Shown one piece after another: positions 39,201 to 53,485 of a stretch of 64,000 nucleotides of DNA (position 1 is the first letter of the stretch; each line of letters begins with the position of its first letter). Both the position numbers and the translations under genes were made by a program. This DNA is from Azolla caroliniana (Eukaryota; Plantae; Polypodiophyta). The notes beneath the pieces are model-generated. The model did not search any database, was not told where the DNA came from, and was given only the letters and a program-made list of their open reading frames with translations. Location: NCBI GenBank assembly GCA_043228905.1, contig JBHGNT010000010.1:22196001-22260000 (forward strand), in the 5' to 3' direction.

Positions 39201-42200
39201 CCCATTCTTAAAATTAATTGGTTATATCAATGCTGGCGAGAACACCGTCTTGTTCCCCATGAAGCATATCGATTGCCTCCATTCACTGGCTTGACCATAT
39301 GTGCAACAAATGTTCCTTTAGGTGAGCCTTTGATAAGCTGTATTCAAGAAATTCTGATATTTTGTGCCCTATAGTCAGTTTTTGATAAGACTTGTGCCAG
39401 AGGAACGCAAGGAGATTGAGGATGTTTGTGTCAAGAATGGAGGAATTTACTCAGCTGATCTGACAAAGAAATGCACACATCTAATTGCTTACATATCCTT
39501 CAATAGTTTTCTTTCATTTTATGTCCTCATGGCTCTCCACCACAAACTGTTACAGATTTTAATTTCCTTAACTTACACATTATTTATCACTTACCACAAG
39601 GTGATAAGTTTAAAGTAGCAAGGAGATGGGGTACTGTGAAGATTGTGAATCGACATTGGTTTGGGCAGTGCTTAGCAACAAAAGGTGGTCATGAGAAGTT
39701 ATGTATTTGAAAGCAATGAATCTTGACAGTTTATAGATGAAAAGAACACTTATTTGTCTTTTCTACATAATGCAGGCTGTCTTGACGAAGAGTTATTTCC
39801 AGTAAATCCTGGACAAGAGAGAGTAACTGCAATATCACAAGTCTATATACCCCCATTAGTTTCTCCCCCAGAGAACTCAAAACTGGAGATAGTTATGTCA
39901 TCTGCAACATCTGTTGTATCAAATACAGTATCATCAGACCAGGGCCATGTGATAGATCATGCCAATGAGATCTGCAAGGCTGAACCATCTGTACCAGATC
40001 AGCCACTACCAAGACACTTAAAACATGTGGAGACCTGTGAGTTTGAAGAGGAGAACATGTATCTATCAAATTGCAGAATCTATTTTAGTGGGTTTGCAGC
40101 ACCAGAACTGAGAAAATATGTAAATATGGTTCGAGATGGAGGTGGTACAAGACATATGGAGTTTGGTGATAGAGTTACCCACATTATTATAGGAAAACCA
40201 ACAGAGAGGTAAACACATGGTTGGAAGCCTTCATGAGGTTGTACCACTCTACCATTTAAATGTGTGTTATTATTTTGGGTACAGTGAACTGAAAGGGATC
40301 AGGCAACAAATCTGCACAAAGTCAGTTGAAGTTGTCTGGTCATCTTGGCTTGAGGACTGCAATGAACAGAAACAGGAAGTGGTCATCACAGAGAAACATC
40401 ATGTAGCTGATGGACTTCTACTTAAAGGTATAATGTTAAAGTTATTCAGGACACAGAAGAACATTATGTTTACGAGATTTTACATATGCATTAATAATAA
40501 TAATAATTAACTAGCTGCTGGTTCCCAAGAGATTACACATTTGAGGAAAAATGCACAAAGTCAAGAACGTGAATTCGACCAAGGTGTATTCATTTTGAAT
40601 GGAAAGAATGAAGAGGTAAGCATTGCAACTTTAAAGTGAGGTTCTGATGATGTACAGATGTGCATTTATGTTTTGCAACTTGGCATACTCACAAATGGAT
40701 TACATTTTTATAGGATACAGAAAAGTCACACCATGCTACAAGACTGCTTCAAGTAAACTCTACAGGTAAAAATTCATTATAATTTTGATTAAAGCGAACT
40801 TAATACTGCTGTAGGAGCTGCCTACAAAAAGTATACCTGACTTAGTTTTATGCATAAATTTATCTATGATATGTACAAAAATAAATATCTAATCTATATA
40901 ATAGTTGTCTTTATATGCTATTTTATATTCCCCAGGCAGTTCCTCAATATATTATTGAGGAGCTGTATTTGTAAGGTTTCTAAGTTTAATGTTTGCACTC
41001 TGTAATTAACATTATCTTAAAAGATTGAAATTGACGTTGATTACAGATACATCTTTACCTCGATCACAATTTAATATTGTGCAACAAGAAAGACTTGACG
41101 CTAATACATCTTTAAAAGTTAAAGCCCATCTAAACATTGCTTCAAGCCAGGGCAGCATTTTCAAAGGATACATGTTTGCGATATGTGAATCAATTCCTTT
41201 GGAACGGGTTAGTTTTAAGGGCTTGTTACATGAAGTATCTTCTAACCCTGGATAATTTTCTCACACGAGGACTGCATAATTCCCAATTCTCACTTTTGTG
41301 AGCTTATCTGTGTAGAGTGTATGACAAGTAAAACGAAAATTATAGACACTTGATTTATTTCTGTTGTTCTTATGTTTGAAATATGTAGAAGTTATAGTTG
41401 TTGACTTGGTTCCTGTTTAATGATTTCTGTTTGCATTCTTCTCAATGCAATGACCTCATTCTTGCAGAGAGAGGAAATTGTGCAATGGATTGTAGAAGGT
41501 GGCGGTTCGATGGAGAATGAGTCATGGAAGGATGGAAAAAGGAAAATTGATTTTCTTGTTGTTAATCATGGGACTAAGTTGACTTCGTCTATGATGATGG
41601 TGCATGTGAAACCTGTCTCTAGTCATTGGATACGGTTCTGTTTAGAGGTATGTTGGTGACTAGATTTGCATAACTTCTGATATTCTGGAAGGTCTTGATG
41701 AAAAGTATCATGAACCATACTTTACATAACTTTTACTTTCTGCTATCATAAGTCTGTGAATTGACGAACATGATATTAGGTTCTAGTTTTGTCTACAGTG
41801 TACACAAGTATGTTAATAATTGGTTGCTCTGATGTATCAATATTTTCTCAAGCTCATATCATGTCACTTTACGGTGGCATTGTTGCAATTTTGTAGGAAA
41901 AGGAATTACTCAATCTTGATGGCCATGTACTTTATCAACCACTGCAGTGCCATGTTCCTCTGCCAGGTTTCCAAGCATTGCGCTTCAGTGTGTCTCAGTA
42001 TGAAGACAAGGATAGGCTGCTACTTCGTAATTTATGTTTCATTCTTGGGGCAAAGTTCACAGAAAAGCTGAACAGAAAGGTCACTCATTTGCTGTGTAAG
42101 GTCAGAGATGGGCAGAAGTACGAAGCAGCATGTAAGTGGGACATCAAAGTAACTACAGCTGAGTGGGTTTTTGCATGTATATCAGAGGTGAGATTGTGCT

Positions 42201-44518
42201 CTGGACAGGTGGAGTTCCTTTTACACTGTTTCATTTATGGGGTTTACCTTAATCATACAGGAACTGCGGTTTCTTCCCACCAGTGTTCTAATTCACACCT
42301 TAAATTCCAAATCTAATGGATTATCAGGATACAATGCTACCTCTGGCAAACTTTCTGCCAAAGGAACTCTCCCCAGCTGAAAAGGATGCTGGTGTTCTTG
42401 GGATGACTCAATATGCTAGTCATGCTACTCAGTTTGCTTCAAGGGAGACCGCTTCACAATTGCCTACTCAAACTGGAACATCTCCTTCTGCAGAATTTCC
42501 AGGTTTTGTCAATATCTGGAGCTATGAACTCAGCAATATCTGATAAACATTGCATACTCAGTAATATGCTTCATTATTTCTTCTCTCAGACAGAAAATCT
42601 ACATGTACTGGGGTTCTTGAAAGAGATCCTCAGTCAATAGAAGCAAGTGTTGTTCATCTTTCTGAAAGGAATAAGTATTTCCTTAGTATGCAGACAATGT
42701 CTTCACCTGATGCAAAAGAGTCTGCTGAAGAAATAGTCAGAAGATCTGGATTTGACAATGCAAACCAAAACTCTACTTCTGTGGATGGTGCTCAACAGAT
42801 GAAATTTTGCTCTGATTTGGACAAAGAGCAGCATGGAAGCCTTACTTTCATTTCTGAAGCCAGACATACGTGGCCAAACAAGTCCAATGAGATGGTGAGC
42901 GCAAGTTCTAGAGACAAGAATGATGGTCCTGATGTTGCATCAGCAATCGAGGACCTTCTTGCTCAAACAATCAAAGTATGTGGCCTTAGGTTCTTTAATA
43001 AGGGCAGCAACTCAAATGAACTGTATTAAGTGATCTTTCATAGATAATGTAGCCTGTTGAGGAATTATGTTTCTTTTAATGTCTAGGCGTTTGTGAATGA
43101 GATCTGTAAACTTCCATATAGTTTTGTTTTAATGTGTCACCTCTTTCATTATAGCGTTCTTATTCAATTCTGTGCACGATTGAGAGTTTTTAGTTTATGG
43201 ATGCAATTGAACTTGCCAGTAGTCACACATATCCTTCTTTGCAGTAGTGATGCTAAGGGCATGGGAGTCAACCAAATATGTGACCACAGTGAGGAAGGTA
43301 GGTAGAATGAGTTGTGTTTTCATGATGTCAAGCAAGCCTGATTCTGAATGTTGTGGCTCTTCTTCCTACGCCTTTCCATAACTAGCACGGTGATGGCGTT
43401 CTCATTATGTCAAGGAATATTGGGACATGCATAATCTCTTTGTTCTCCTTTCCCTTTCTTCTTTCATTATTGATGCGGAAGAATCCATCTTGCTCAAAAC
43501 TGAACACATATGCTGAAACTAATAGTATTCTTATGATGTAGCCGATATATTTGTTAAGAACAGGCAAAAGAGTTTGTCTGTGCACTGTAGCTTGACCTCA
43601 CTGGATATATTAATGTGTACTCTAATAGGTAAAAAAGATCAGAATTTCCAGACCCTGTTGACCTGTAGTTTCTTTTAGATATGTGTGGTGCTTGTAATGG
43701 GGAATTAGCCTTTAGAATGTCTACCTCATTCATTATCATGTCATTATTTCAAAGGAGGCATTTTCATTTGCTATTATCTACAGTTTAATCAAATTATAAA
43801 TTGATCAGTTTGTTTATTTTGTGTATATGTTGATAACCATTTCTCATTCAATAAGATGGGGTCAACAATAAGAAGTGTAAATCGCTTATCCAGTTTTGTA
43901 TATGCAGATAAAGAATGCTGATTGTAGTAGAAATGGAATCGAGCTAGAGGTATTTATGCAAATATGTGATTATTTATTCCTGTTTTCCTGGATTTTCCTT
44001 CATTAAATGTGAGTGGTCATTGTTGCTACAGATATCTCCTGACCACACAACACTCAAGAGAATGAGAGAACAGCCGCCCTTGAAACGGACTAAACTGCAT
44101 AGCCTGTATGTACTAAAGGTCGTATTAGTATTCTTATTATGTGATTCTATACTACACAAATTTTCATGATCAAACGTTTCTTTTTCTCTCCAGTGAGGAG
44201 GCAGAAAGGCCTACATCTCCTGCCCAAAACTTACCCATTTTTGATGAATCTCAAATGGAATCGCAAGTAAGTATTTGACTACTATCGAATGTTTGAAATT
44301 GAGATTTTTTTTTTACACACTGATTATTGCGGTTGGTTCCTGCCAAGATGATTGGCTATGATGAAGATCAGAGTGGCAGACAACTAATAATGGAGAGAGT
44401 GCGCACTCGTAGCATGGCTACTACTGGTGTTATGAAGCCCACCTCTGCTCACAAGGTACCCTCATGGAAAAATGATGGCTTGGGTAGATTATTCAGGGTT
44501 GCGGAAGGAAATAAATGA
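36202..44518 (+). CDS. TOPBP1: Multi-BRCT DNA topoisomerase II-binding protein TOPBP1/MEI1
   Basis: About 20 exons. Motifs include LPPFTGLTICAT, NGGIYSADLTKKCTHLIAY|LPQGDKFKVARRWG, YLSNCRIYFSGF, FSVSQYEDKDRLLLRNLCFILGAKFTEKL...KYEAACKW, PDVASAIEDLLAQT and ESQMIGYDEDQSGRQLIMERVRTRS. Boundaries of the low-complexity internal exons are approximate. Confidence 0.92.
39493..39590 (+). other. U12-type (minor spliceosome) AT-AC intron
   Basis: 5' ATATCCTT, branch point TTCCTTAAC (39564-39572), 3' ...TCAC. Removing it restores the BRCT frame THLIAY-LPQGDK. Confidence 0.92.
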
Positions 44519-45742
44519 AAACCTAATGTAAGGGTGGAAACCCACAGTTAGTCCTCTTAATAAAGTGACTTAAACTCCAGAATATCCTCCAATTGGAGCT
44601 TACATAAGCATATATATTCTTGATTGAATTCATCTATGGTGCTCTGTATCATATTTGCATTAAAATTCAATGATGTACAACATACTAACCTTGACCAACC
44701 ACACTACATATATATTAAATCATGCTCCTAAGGTAAATTTGTTCCTGACTTCGCATTAATACGCCATTTGATGAAACCTTCTGTGATGGCATTGGTTTAA
44801 CAGAGTTTGGCTCATGAGTGAATATAAATGCTCCTCTTAATCTGAATCAGGTGTGTGTAATTTTTCTTTTAGATAATCTCAATTGTATGTGGCTATAAAT
44901 TGTGCATTTTCCATTGATTTTGTCTAACCCTTAACTAATGACTCTGGCTGTTAGCTTGGTACGTTATGCCATAGCAGCAAAGTCATAAAACTGAGAGAAC
45001 CCAACTTCCTCTCTGTGGGCGCAACCCATCTCATAGGTTGTATTCAGTCTCCTGTGGAACTCAATAAACAATTATCTATATCCATCCCTGCACATCTATT
45101 CCTACATTATGATTGGCTATACTACACAGTTTTAATTATCTTAATCATACCTTACAAAATTTTAATCATCAAGAAAATGGTATTTTGATGGCGCTCATGT
45201 CATAAAGCATGTAATTCATCAAGTGTGTTAGGCCACACGCATCAGTAGGAATGTTGGAGGTATGAGGTACATTTGGCAGAAGACATCATGCTAGTTTAAA
45301 AGTAGTAGAAATACTTTTGGGAGCTATATGCACGAAATAAGTATCAAAATTTTCTATCATAAGAATCAAGCCAATAAAAGAGCAACATGATTTGTATTTC
45401 TAGTATTTGGAAGTGTGTTCTAGGTCCCAATAAAGCATAATTCATGATCACTATCAGATTTTTTTCTTAAACTAGTTTTATGCTTCCTAAGATGGAACTT
45501 TTACATGACTTTGGTTTGAGGTTGGTCCATGTATGGGGTTTTGCAATTTGATTTGTAGTTAAAATATGAGTGAGAATCACATTGTGTATTTTTTCATGTT
45601 TTGTTGTAACCATAGAACATGGTTTGAAAATGGATTGCCTCAAAATGATCTTGTTGTACGATCAATACACATGAAGAGTATTCAATTTAGCGGAGTTATT
45701 AATGGTGGACTAATTAAACAACCTTTAGGAATTAGTTGTAAG

Positions 45743-48455
45743 TTAAGAAGATAGATGTGATGAGAGACGAGGGGTGACTATGGCTTCAAGTGGATAAAGT
45801 TTGTGGGTGGTCAAGAGCATGGTGCTAACTTCAGAGTTTGCCCCATCCTCAAAGGGCAAGGCCCACTTGAAATGTTGCACCATGATAGCTATGCATGTAG
45901 AGATGATGGGCATGGCTTGAGTAATACCAATACACATCCTTTTCCCCATCCCAAATGGAAGGATCCTATGATCTTTGAATCCTAGGTCAAGTTTTTCATC
46001 TCCTAGCACTCGCTCTGGATTCCACTCCTCTGGGTTTGTCCAAACATCCTTATTGTAGTTGATGCCATAACTATTAATTATTATCTGCATCATAAACCCT
46101 CATTGTTAAAAGGCTAAGTCTAGCAATAGAAGCACTCAAGGTCATACTAGAAACCCTCTACATCATAGTTTAAGAGAAATCTTGTTATGAGGTTTGCATT
46201 GTCATGGAGATGCATACTCTCATCTTATTTCAATCATCAAACTTGTAGGTAAAACCTTGAGGTGATGGGTCTAGCTCTTTACCTGCCATCCTCTTTTGAT
46301 GTCGTATCCAAGTAACTTTGTGTCCTTGTCGACGTGGCGAGGAGGTAGGATTGGGACCGGAGTATGTTTTCTAAGTGTTTCCTTCACAATAGCCTCCAAA
46401 TATTTGAGCTTGGGTAGATCATCTTCATTCACACACCTTGTACCAACGATACCACTAATCTCCTTGAACAACTTTTCCTAGTTCATTAGAAGGAAGAAGT
46501 TTACGTTAGCATACATTCTATTCGACTTCTACTATTATATTGTAATGTAGCCAGAAGTGCATACTTGTATATGAGGGTGGGTAGCAATCTCATACATGGC
46601 CCATTCTATGGTTATGAGGGTTGTATCTGAACTTTCTATGATTGGTTCCCATACACTCATTAGGAGTTGCTTGTCACTGAGATCGGTAGCTTCGGTAAGC
46701 AGAGTGTCTAAATAACAATTTGGTTTCTACAACACAAAAAGAGAAAACGAAAAGAATGACCATGATCTTACAATATAATTAGATTGAATGAATAGTAATG
46801 ATTTGAAAAGGAAAACATATTTTAAAACTATTCTAAGAACAATATGGAATGTACCTTGCCATTTGCAAGTAGTTGCCTTTCTTCACTAATCAAAGCATTA
46901 ACGATAGCATCTCTTTTTTGACACACTTTTGTAATTTTATCTTCTAATGACTTATTAGGAACCCATTTGAGATATGGGAAAAAGTCTCTCCAATCTACAT
47001 CCAAGACAGTTTCAAGAGGATCTATAACAATTGCCTTAAACATCTCCCATCTTGACACATTTTGGCCGAACTCGTCCACATAAACAAATTCCGGATCACG
47101 GCCTAATACCTGCTTCGTATGAATATCAAGGTTTCTTGAAATAACATTTTTTGCAAACTAAGAAATTAAGTGGATCTAATTTTTTCGCAAAGATAGATAA
47201 CCTATAGTTCCACAATTAGATGAGCCACAAACCTGATACATAGCGAAAGGAAATAAAGCCATTTTTATGTGTTCTCTGACATTGAGAACACTCTTTGATG
47301 TGCCAATCTCCGAATATATGCCATCAATTATTTTCACATATGCTCTCTCGCGCAAATGTTTGTTTTCCTTCTAATGAAAAAAAGAAGTGAAATAAACAAA
47401 TTGGGCATCACATTACGAACACAAAGGGATAATTTGTGAGGTAAGAACATGGCTCAAATTCATCATGATATGGGACTAATGCAAACATATGCATGCCCCT
47501 AAAGGAAATATGCACAATAGGGTTTAAAACCCATTTAAGTTCTCTTTTAGGAACAAATTCCAAAATAGCCTTAATGTTTTTGGAGGTTCGCCACAATATC
47601 ATCCCTTCTAGTGTGGAATTACCCCATGTTCATGTTGTTTGCCATTTTCCATGCAAAATAACTAGTTTGTGTTTTGTCCATCACCATGATTCACTCCTCT
47701 TAGTACCTGTGGATTTGGCCCTAAAAGGCTTGTGAGAATACGCTTCTTGAGCATCTTGTGTGCATCTCCATAATCAGACATAGCAACCATGGTCTTTTGG
47801 GACGTGAGAGAAACGAGTGCTTTCGACATTTTTCGTGTGGAGATGGACGAAAACTTGTTAACCATGGCCTGGAGAATAATATAAAAAAACCAAAATAATG
47901 TCAAAGGGAAAGAAATTGTAAGGAAGAGAAGAACAATGGCACGGCAGAAACCTTATAATCCATGAGGCATGCATGGGTCACATGGAGGAGTTCAACACCT
48001 TTTGACGAAAAGCTTGGAAAGATTTGTGAGGGAGGGAGTGCTTTTGTTTACCTCTTTTGCAAACTCGGACGAGTTAATGATCACCATTGTGCTAGCACCA
48101 AGCTTGATAGTGTAGATAGGGCCATACTTATCAGCCCATGCATAGAATGCTTTGAAAGGCTTTTTTTCCTTGAGCTGATGTAGGTTCCCGAGAATTGGAA
48201 CTCCAGGTATGGCTAGAGAAGAGAAGATAGATACATATTTTTAGCGACCATAGAGATCCAAATATTTGATCAAAAGTTGGTTTTAGGGTGGGGGTGGTAA
48301 TAACATAACATACCTGGAGGATAGTTTTTAAGCTTGTGGAAGATGAAATGTGCAAGGATCCATGTGGAGATAAGGCAGAGGCCCAAGGCAAGCCATGGAG
48401 ATGTGAAGCACAGGTGAAGCAAATATTTAGGAAGAGCAAAAGCTCTGGTAGACAT
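45743..48455 (-). CDS. KO: ent-kaurene oxidase-like cytochrome P450 (CYP701), 518 aa
   Basis: Exons 48455-48314, 48212-48052, 47868-47707, 47370-47233, 47109-46855, 46726-46565, 46477-46283, 46084-45743 total 1557 nt in frame. Motifs [61 protein letters not shown] and [10 protein letters not shown]. Confidence 0.93.
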
Positions 48456-48923
48456 AACGTTCAAATGCTTGAAAAATCTCCAAACAGAGGAAGCTACCTA
48501 CCCCATATATGTATATATATATATATATAGTTTTATGTAGGTATATAATCTAATATATATATATCATATATGCAAAAGTTCAAATTGCTTTGCTGGGTGC
48601 TCTAGGATGGTAATCATGCATGCACAGTGTAAAGGTCAAATTTATGCGTCAGGCCAGAGAATTCTCTCGGATTTGTTCTTTTCTCCAAGATATTGAGTGG
48701 GGAAAAACGATCTATTACTTTACACGACTTGGTGGAAAAGGGCTTTAAAAAAACAATGCCTAGACTCTAGACTGTATGTATAAAAAAAAAGGATAAGAAG
48801 GAATCCACTTCTAAATGGTATAGGGGATGTTGTGACCTGACCCTCTCTTTTCTTGTTTCTTGTATGTAGTATTTATGTATGTTTGCTATTGCAGAGTTTC
48901 TTCTTCTCTGAAGATAAAAGAAG

Positions 48924-51900
48924 ATGGGTGATGAGAGTAAAGATAAAGTAGCAGAAGGAGACATGATGAATGCATCATTTCCTGACGCTTTTCTGGCTCG
49001 TCGCACCGCCGCGTTTCAGCCTTCAACCATTCAGCTCTTGTCTCGGCTCGCTCAGAGCCGCAATGCGATCAACCTTGCTGAAGGTAAATGCCACACAGGG
49101 AGAGATGGATTATGATGTATTATCGTCCTTAAGAGTGTTGTGGTCTCCATCCTACCGGGCAATGTGTTTAGGTCAGGTTGTAAAGATTCTCTGATGAAGA
49201 TAAGATCATGTGTTCAACACCTACATACCCCAAGATCACCTGGTGAAAGATGTATTTTATGAGTTTTAAGTAACGTGCCTATGAGAGAAAGAGATGTATC
49301 CACGTCATCTCTCAATTGGGCCTATAAGATTGAGAATGAGAGAGGCACAGGCACGCATGCATACACACACAGTTTTCCTATTGGTAATGAAAACACATTA
49401 TATCTCTGGAGGATCTATTCAAAGCTCATTTAACATTCCTTGCCTATTTATTCCATTATGTGCACACAGGATTTCCCGATTTCCCTGCACCTTCTTATGT
49501 CAAAGAAGCTGCCATTGCTGCAATCTCTGCAGATTATAATCAATACAGGTATATCTTCTCTTGCAACCCATATAGTTGTATAAGTTTATTTGGGAAGATG
49601 TGTGTGTTTTTAAGCAGCCTTTAAAGATGCCTTTCCTTGGTTAGAAGATACTTACAGACGCCAACATCTTTGAGAAGGTAAATAGGTCAATTTTCAGACT
49701 CTTCTAAGTGTTTCTGGAGGAAATCTATCCACTTATATAACTTTATTTGAGGTGCTTATACTGTGTGATTTCAAGAAGCCTTAAGGATGCCTTTTCTAGG
49801 TTAGAAGATACTTACAGACCCCAAGATCTTTGAGAAGGGAAATAAGACAATTTTCAGACTCTTCTAAATCCCCATTTGGAAGAAATCGATCCATACATGA
49901 TTTTCTTACTCTTCTGCTTTGAAGTTTGAAAGATCTTTAGGTCTTACCCTCCCTTTAATAATAAAGGTATGCTTTTCTCGAACGCCATGCTCTTGTGCAG
50001 GGGAGCTTTACCTTAGTTAATCCACCAGTCATTTCCAGAGACGAGAGAGAGTTTTTATTGATAAATAAAATTCAATCAAGGTCCAAGGATTGAAAACAAA
50101 AAAGAGATCAAAAGAAATTGCCATGTGTTATTGCCGATATGTTCATAAACATATGTTGGGCTTTGGGACATCACTAAGAATGTATAATTGTACAGTGTAC
50201 ATTAGCGTCTGGTTTGCAGTACTCTGTTGTTCTGAGTATAAGATCCTGACTTTCTTTGGTTACACTACATTGGTGTTTTCTCCATCTATAGGCATGTGGA
50301 AGCTTTGTGTAAGGTGATTGCTGAAGGCTTTGAGCTGACCCAAGGAGTTAAAGTAGATCCTTGCCATGTCACATTGTGTTGTGGACAATCTGAAGCATTT
50401 GCCGCATCGATATCAGCTGGTCTGTTCCCTGAATATGGTGAATAAATTTAAACGTTTTTATTTGCAGTAATTTATGTATGCCAATGACCAGTGGTGGATG
50501 AGGGTGATGAGGTGCTGCTATTTGATCCATGCTATGAAACATATGGTTCTTGCATTGTGTTGGCTGGAGGAATTCCGGTAAATATTATGAATCCAGAATA
50601 GAGTTTGGCTTTACTTAGCTTTTCTGAAGAGAATTAACTTCACAATCATCCACTTTCAGGTTTATGTGCCAATGGAGCCTCCATGTTGGAATATAAAGAT
50701 TGAGAAGCTTGAGGCTGCCATTACTCCCAGGACCAAAGCAATTGTGATAAACAGGTGTAGTAAAAAGGTTGTGTCTATTAACCATGGTTGCATTGTAGGT
50801 TGAAATGAGAATAACCATTATTATGGCCAGCCCCCACAACCCAACAGGAAAAGTTTTCAACATCCAGGAGCTTTCACATATTGCAACGCTCTGCTACAAA
50901 TACAATTTATTGGCTATTACTGATGAGGTAAACACACAAGTGTGAAAACCTGTAGGTGTAGATATTTTTTGTATCAATCCACCTGGTTCTATACATAGTA
51001 CATACAACATAGATAGAGCTTCAATGTGTGGAAAATACAAATATCAATGTTCAGCCAGACTCATTGGTTTCCAGTGATCAGGCAATGTTAAAAAATTATG
51101 TAGTAGGATCCTAGTTATATGACTTCTTAACCTTTCTTCAACTAAGGTTTGTTCACATGCTGGAGGTTGGATCTCTTATTACATCTGATTGGACACTGAT
51201 ACCCTTGGGACATAATCATAGTATACCCAGAAAATATCCTGTAACGATCTTACATCTATCAACCTACCTATCTACCTGCATATCTTATAACATGGTTCAT
51301 AACTTCTGCTTTGGTGTCAGGTCTATGAACACATTACCTATGGATCCACAAAGCATATCAGTCTTGCATCTCTACCAGGAATGTTGGAACGCACAATAAT
51401 AACGTCCTCATTATCAAAGACCTTCAGTGTAACAGGTCTGTTCCTTCATAACGCAAATGGAACCTCATTTAAATCTAGGCTTTAATGACATTATTTCCAA
51501 TGGTGTGTGTAAAAATTCATTGTTAAAGCAACCTATTTTTTTTCAGGTTGGCGAATTGGATGGGCTATGGCTCCAAAAGGATTATCAGCAGCAATTTCGA
51601 ATATCCATGTGAAGCTTACAGATTCAGCACCAGCTCCTTTTCAAGAAGCTGCTGTTACAGCCCTTGCAAATAGTAATACATACTACTCTGAGTTAAGAAA
51701 GGTAATGATGATCCATCTTACCTTTTGCTATTCTCATCTTGCATACAGTTATGGCTTCCTAACCAGAAATCCGTCTGATTTCTATCCTTGTCTATATCTA
51801 ACACATAAATATAGGTTGCATTTCTTTCCTTGTCTTTATCTTAATGCTAAACATAGGTTGAATTTCTCTGACAGCTTATGCCTAAATTATGGTGTATGTC

Positions 51901-52616
51901 CCTTCTTAAAGTCAAGTATATGCTATATTTTTTCTCATTGTCTATATCTAACATATAAACGGTCTTTCTTGATGCTAAATATATCTTGCATTTCTGTACT
52001 TGTATACTTCTAACACGTAATGTATGGTGTATGTCCCTTCTAAAGGAATATGACAGGAGATTAGAGACGATATTTCCCATGTTGGAGCAAGTTGGTCTGA
52101 AAGTTGCATTCAAACCTGAAGGATCAGTATTTGTTTTTGCTGAGCTACCAGATACTTACCAGAAAACGGATGTATGTATATGCTTATCGTTATCATCATA
52201 TACACATTTTCATATCCACACTCCAGACTCCACATCATACTTCCACAATAACATCATATCAATCAACTCATCATTCATTATATCCACAACCCACATCCAG
52301 AACAACATCAACCATTATCATCATATCATTCTTCATCCCTAATCCCGGTTCCCCCGACCCTGTTTGCTTGATTTCTTTGCCAATTTGTAAATTTTACAAT
52401 GGGAAAATGATTGTTCATCAGATGGAATATGTTGAAGAGCTGATTGAGAAAGCAGGTGTGGCCATAGTACCTGGATGTGGCTTCTTCCATTGTGAAACTT
52501 CAGAGAGAAAGGCAAATTACATGGGGAGGTATGTGAGGGTTGCTTTCTGCAAAGAACTATCAACCCTAAGGGCAGCAGCAGAGGCCATGAAAAAAATGTG
52601 TGGGTTCGGCAACTAA
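48924..52616 (+). CDS. PLP-dependent class I/II aminotransferase (kynurenine/glutamine transaminase-like)
   Basis: About 10 exons. Motifs AINLAEGFPDFP, NQY, DEVLLFDPCYETY, NSPHNPTGKVF, TDEVYEHI, SLSKTFSVTGWRIGW (PLP Lys) and YVRVAFCK. Confidence 0.92.
49615..49870. repeat. Intronic direct duplication (~100 bp, ~160-bp period)
   Basis: ggttagaagatacttacagac...ttttcagactcttctaa occurs twice. Confidence 0.8.
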
Positions 52617-53344
52617 CCCTACTCTGTTCACACGTAATAGACTGAACCTGCCACCGTTGTCTTCTTCTACCTCTGGATTAAATGTATGTACTCTTGGACC
52701 CTAGACTAGGGTTTGAAAGCAAATGGTAGTGTGAAAAGGGTGAAAACAATGTGCTCATGGTACTGACTCCTGAGTATAATTCCGCACGAACACTGCACTC
52801 TTCAGCCCACCTGCCTACTAGAAATGAAATACAGGGGGCAGCTGATTGTTCCAACCTGGGGAAAATATGAAAAAATGAACAAATCACCCACATTTTTGTG
52901 TGAATCCATCCTAAATTTACCTTTTTCACACCTAGGAAATTTTCTCTTTCATCAATTATTTACCTATCTTATTCTATATTCCAAACACAAGGCGCAGGAG
53001 TATGTGTCGATTCTCGATTCTCAAATTTCAAATGGCCCATCTATATACATTAGGTTATAGATGAACCAACCAACATTTTCTTTGTTTTTCTACCTATGCT
53101 AATGCATGCCCCCACCACCTAGGGTTACTATTTCTCGATAGAAGAGGCACTATTTTGTTAAGATTGGTTGGTTACATCGAGAGAACCAACAGGATAGTAC
53201 AAAGACATTCCGTAATAATGTAAAGGAGAAAATATGCTTTTGTTTGCCATTGGATGGAAGATGTGCTCGCTACTTTAAGTTTTGTTTGGTAGTGAGAGCA
53301 AGTGAAAGGTAAAATGAGGGAGGAAGGGAGAGGCTAGAAGGCCA

Positions 53345-53485
53345 TGCATTCAGCCCCTACATTCCATAGTGGCACCTGGTAAATTAGAAAAATATGTATG
53401 GTATAATAGAGCTGTGAAAATGGAGCCTTGAACCCAAGGACTAGGATTAGTAGTCTAAGAACTTACCACTAGGTAAACTAATTAT
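53345..53485. mobile_element. Diverged dispersed copy of the tRNA-derived SINE-like unit
   Basis: cccctacattcca...gtgaaaat...gaacccaag...aacttaccactagg matches 34560-34680. Confidence 0.7.

Noticed and set aside
45743-52616. Biosynthetic gene cluster (P450 plus aminotransferase)
   Set aside because: No terpene synthase or other pathway genes in the window; neighbours are housekeeping genes. Kept only as a bidirectional pair.
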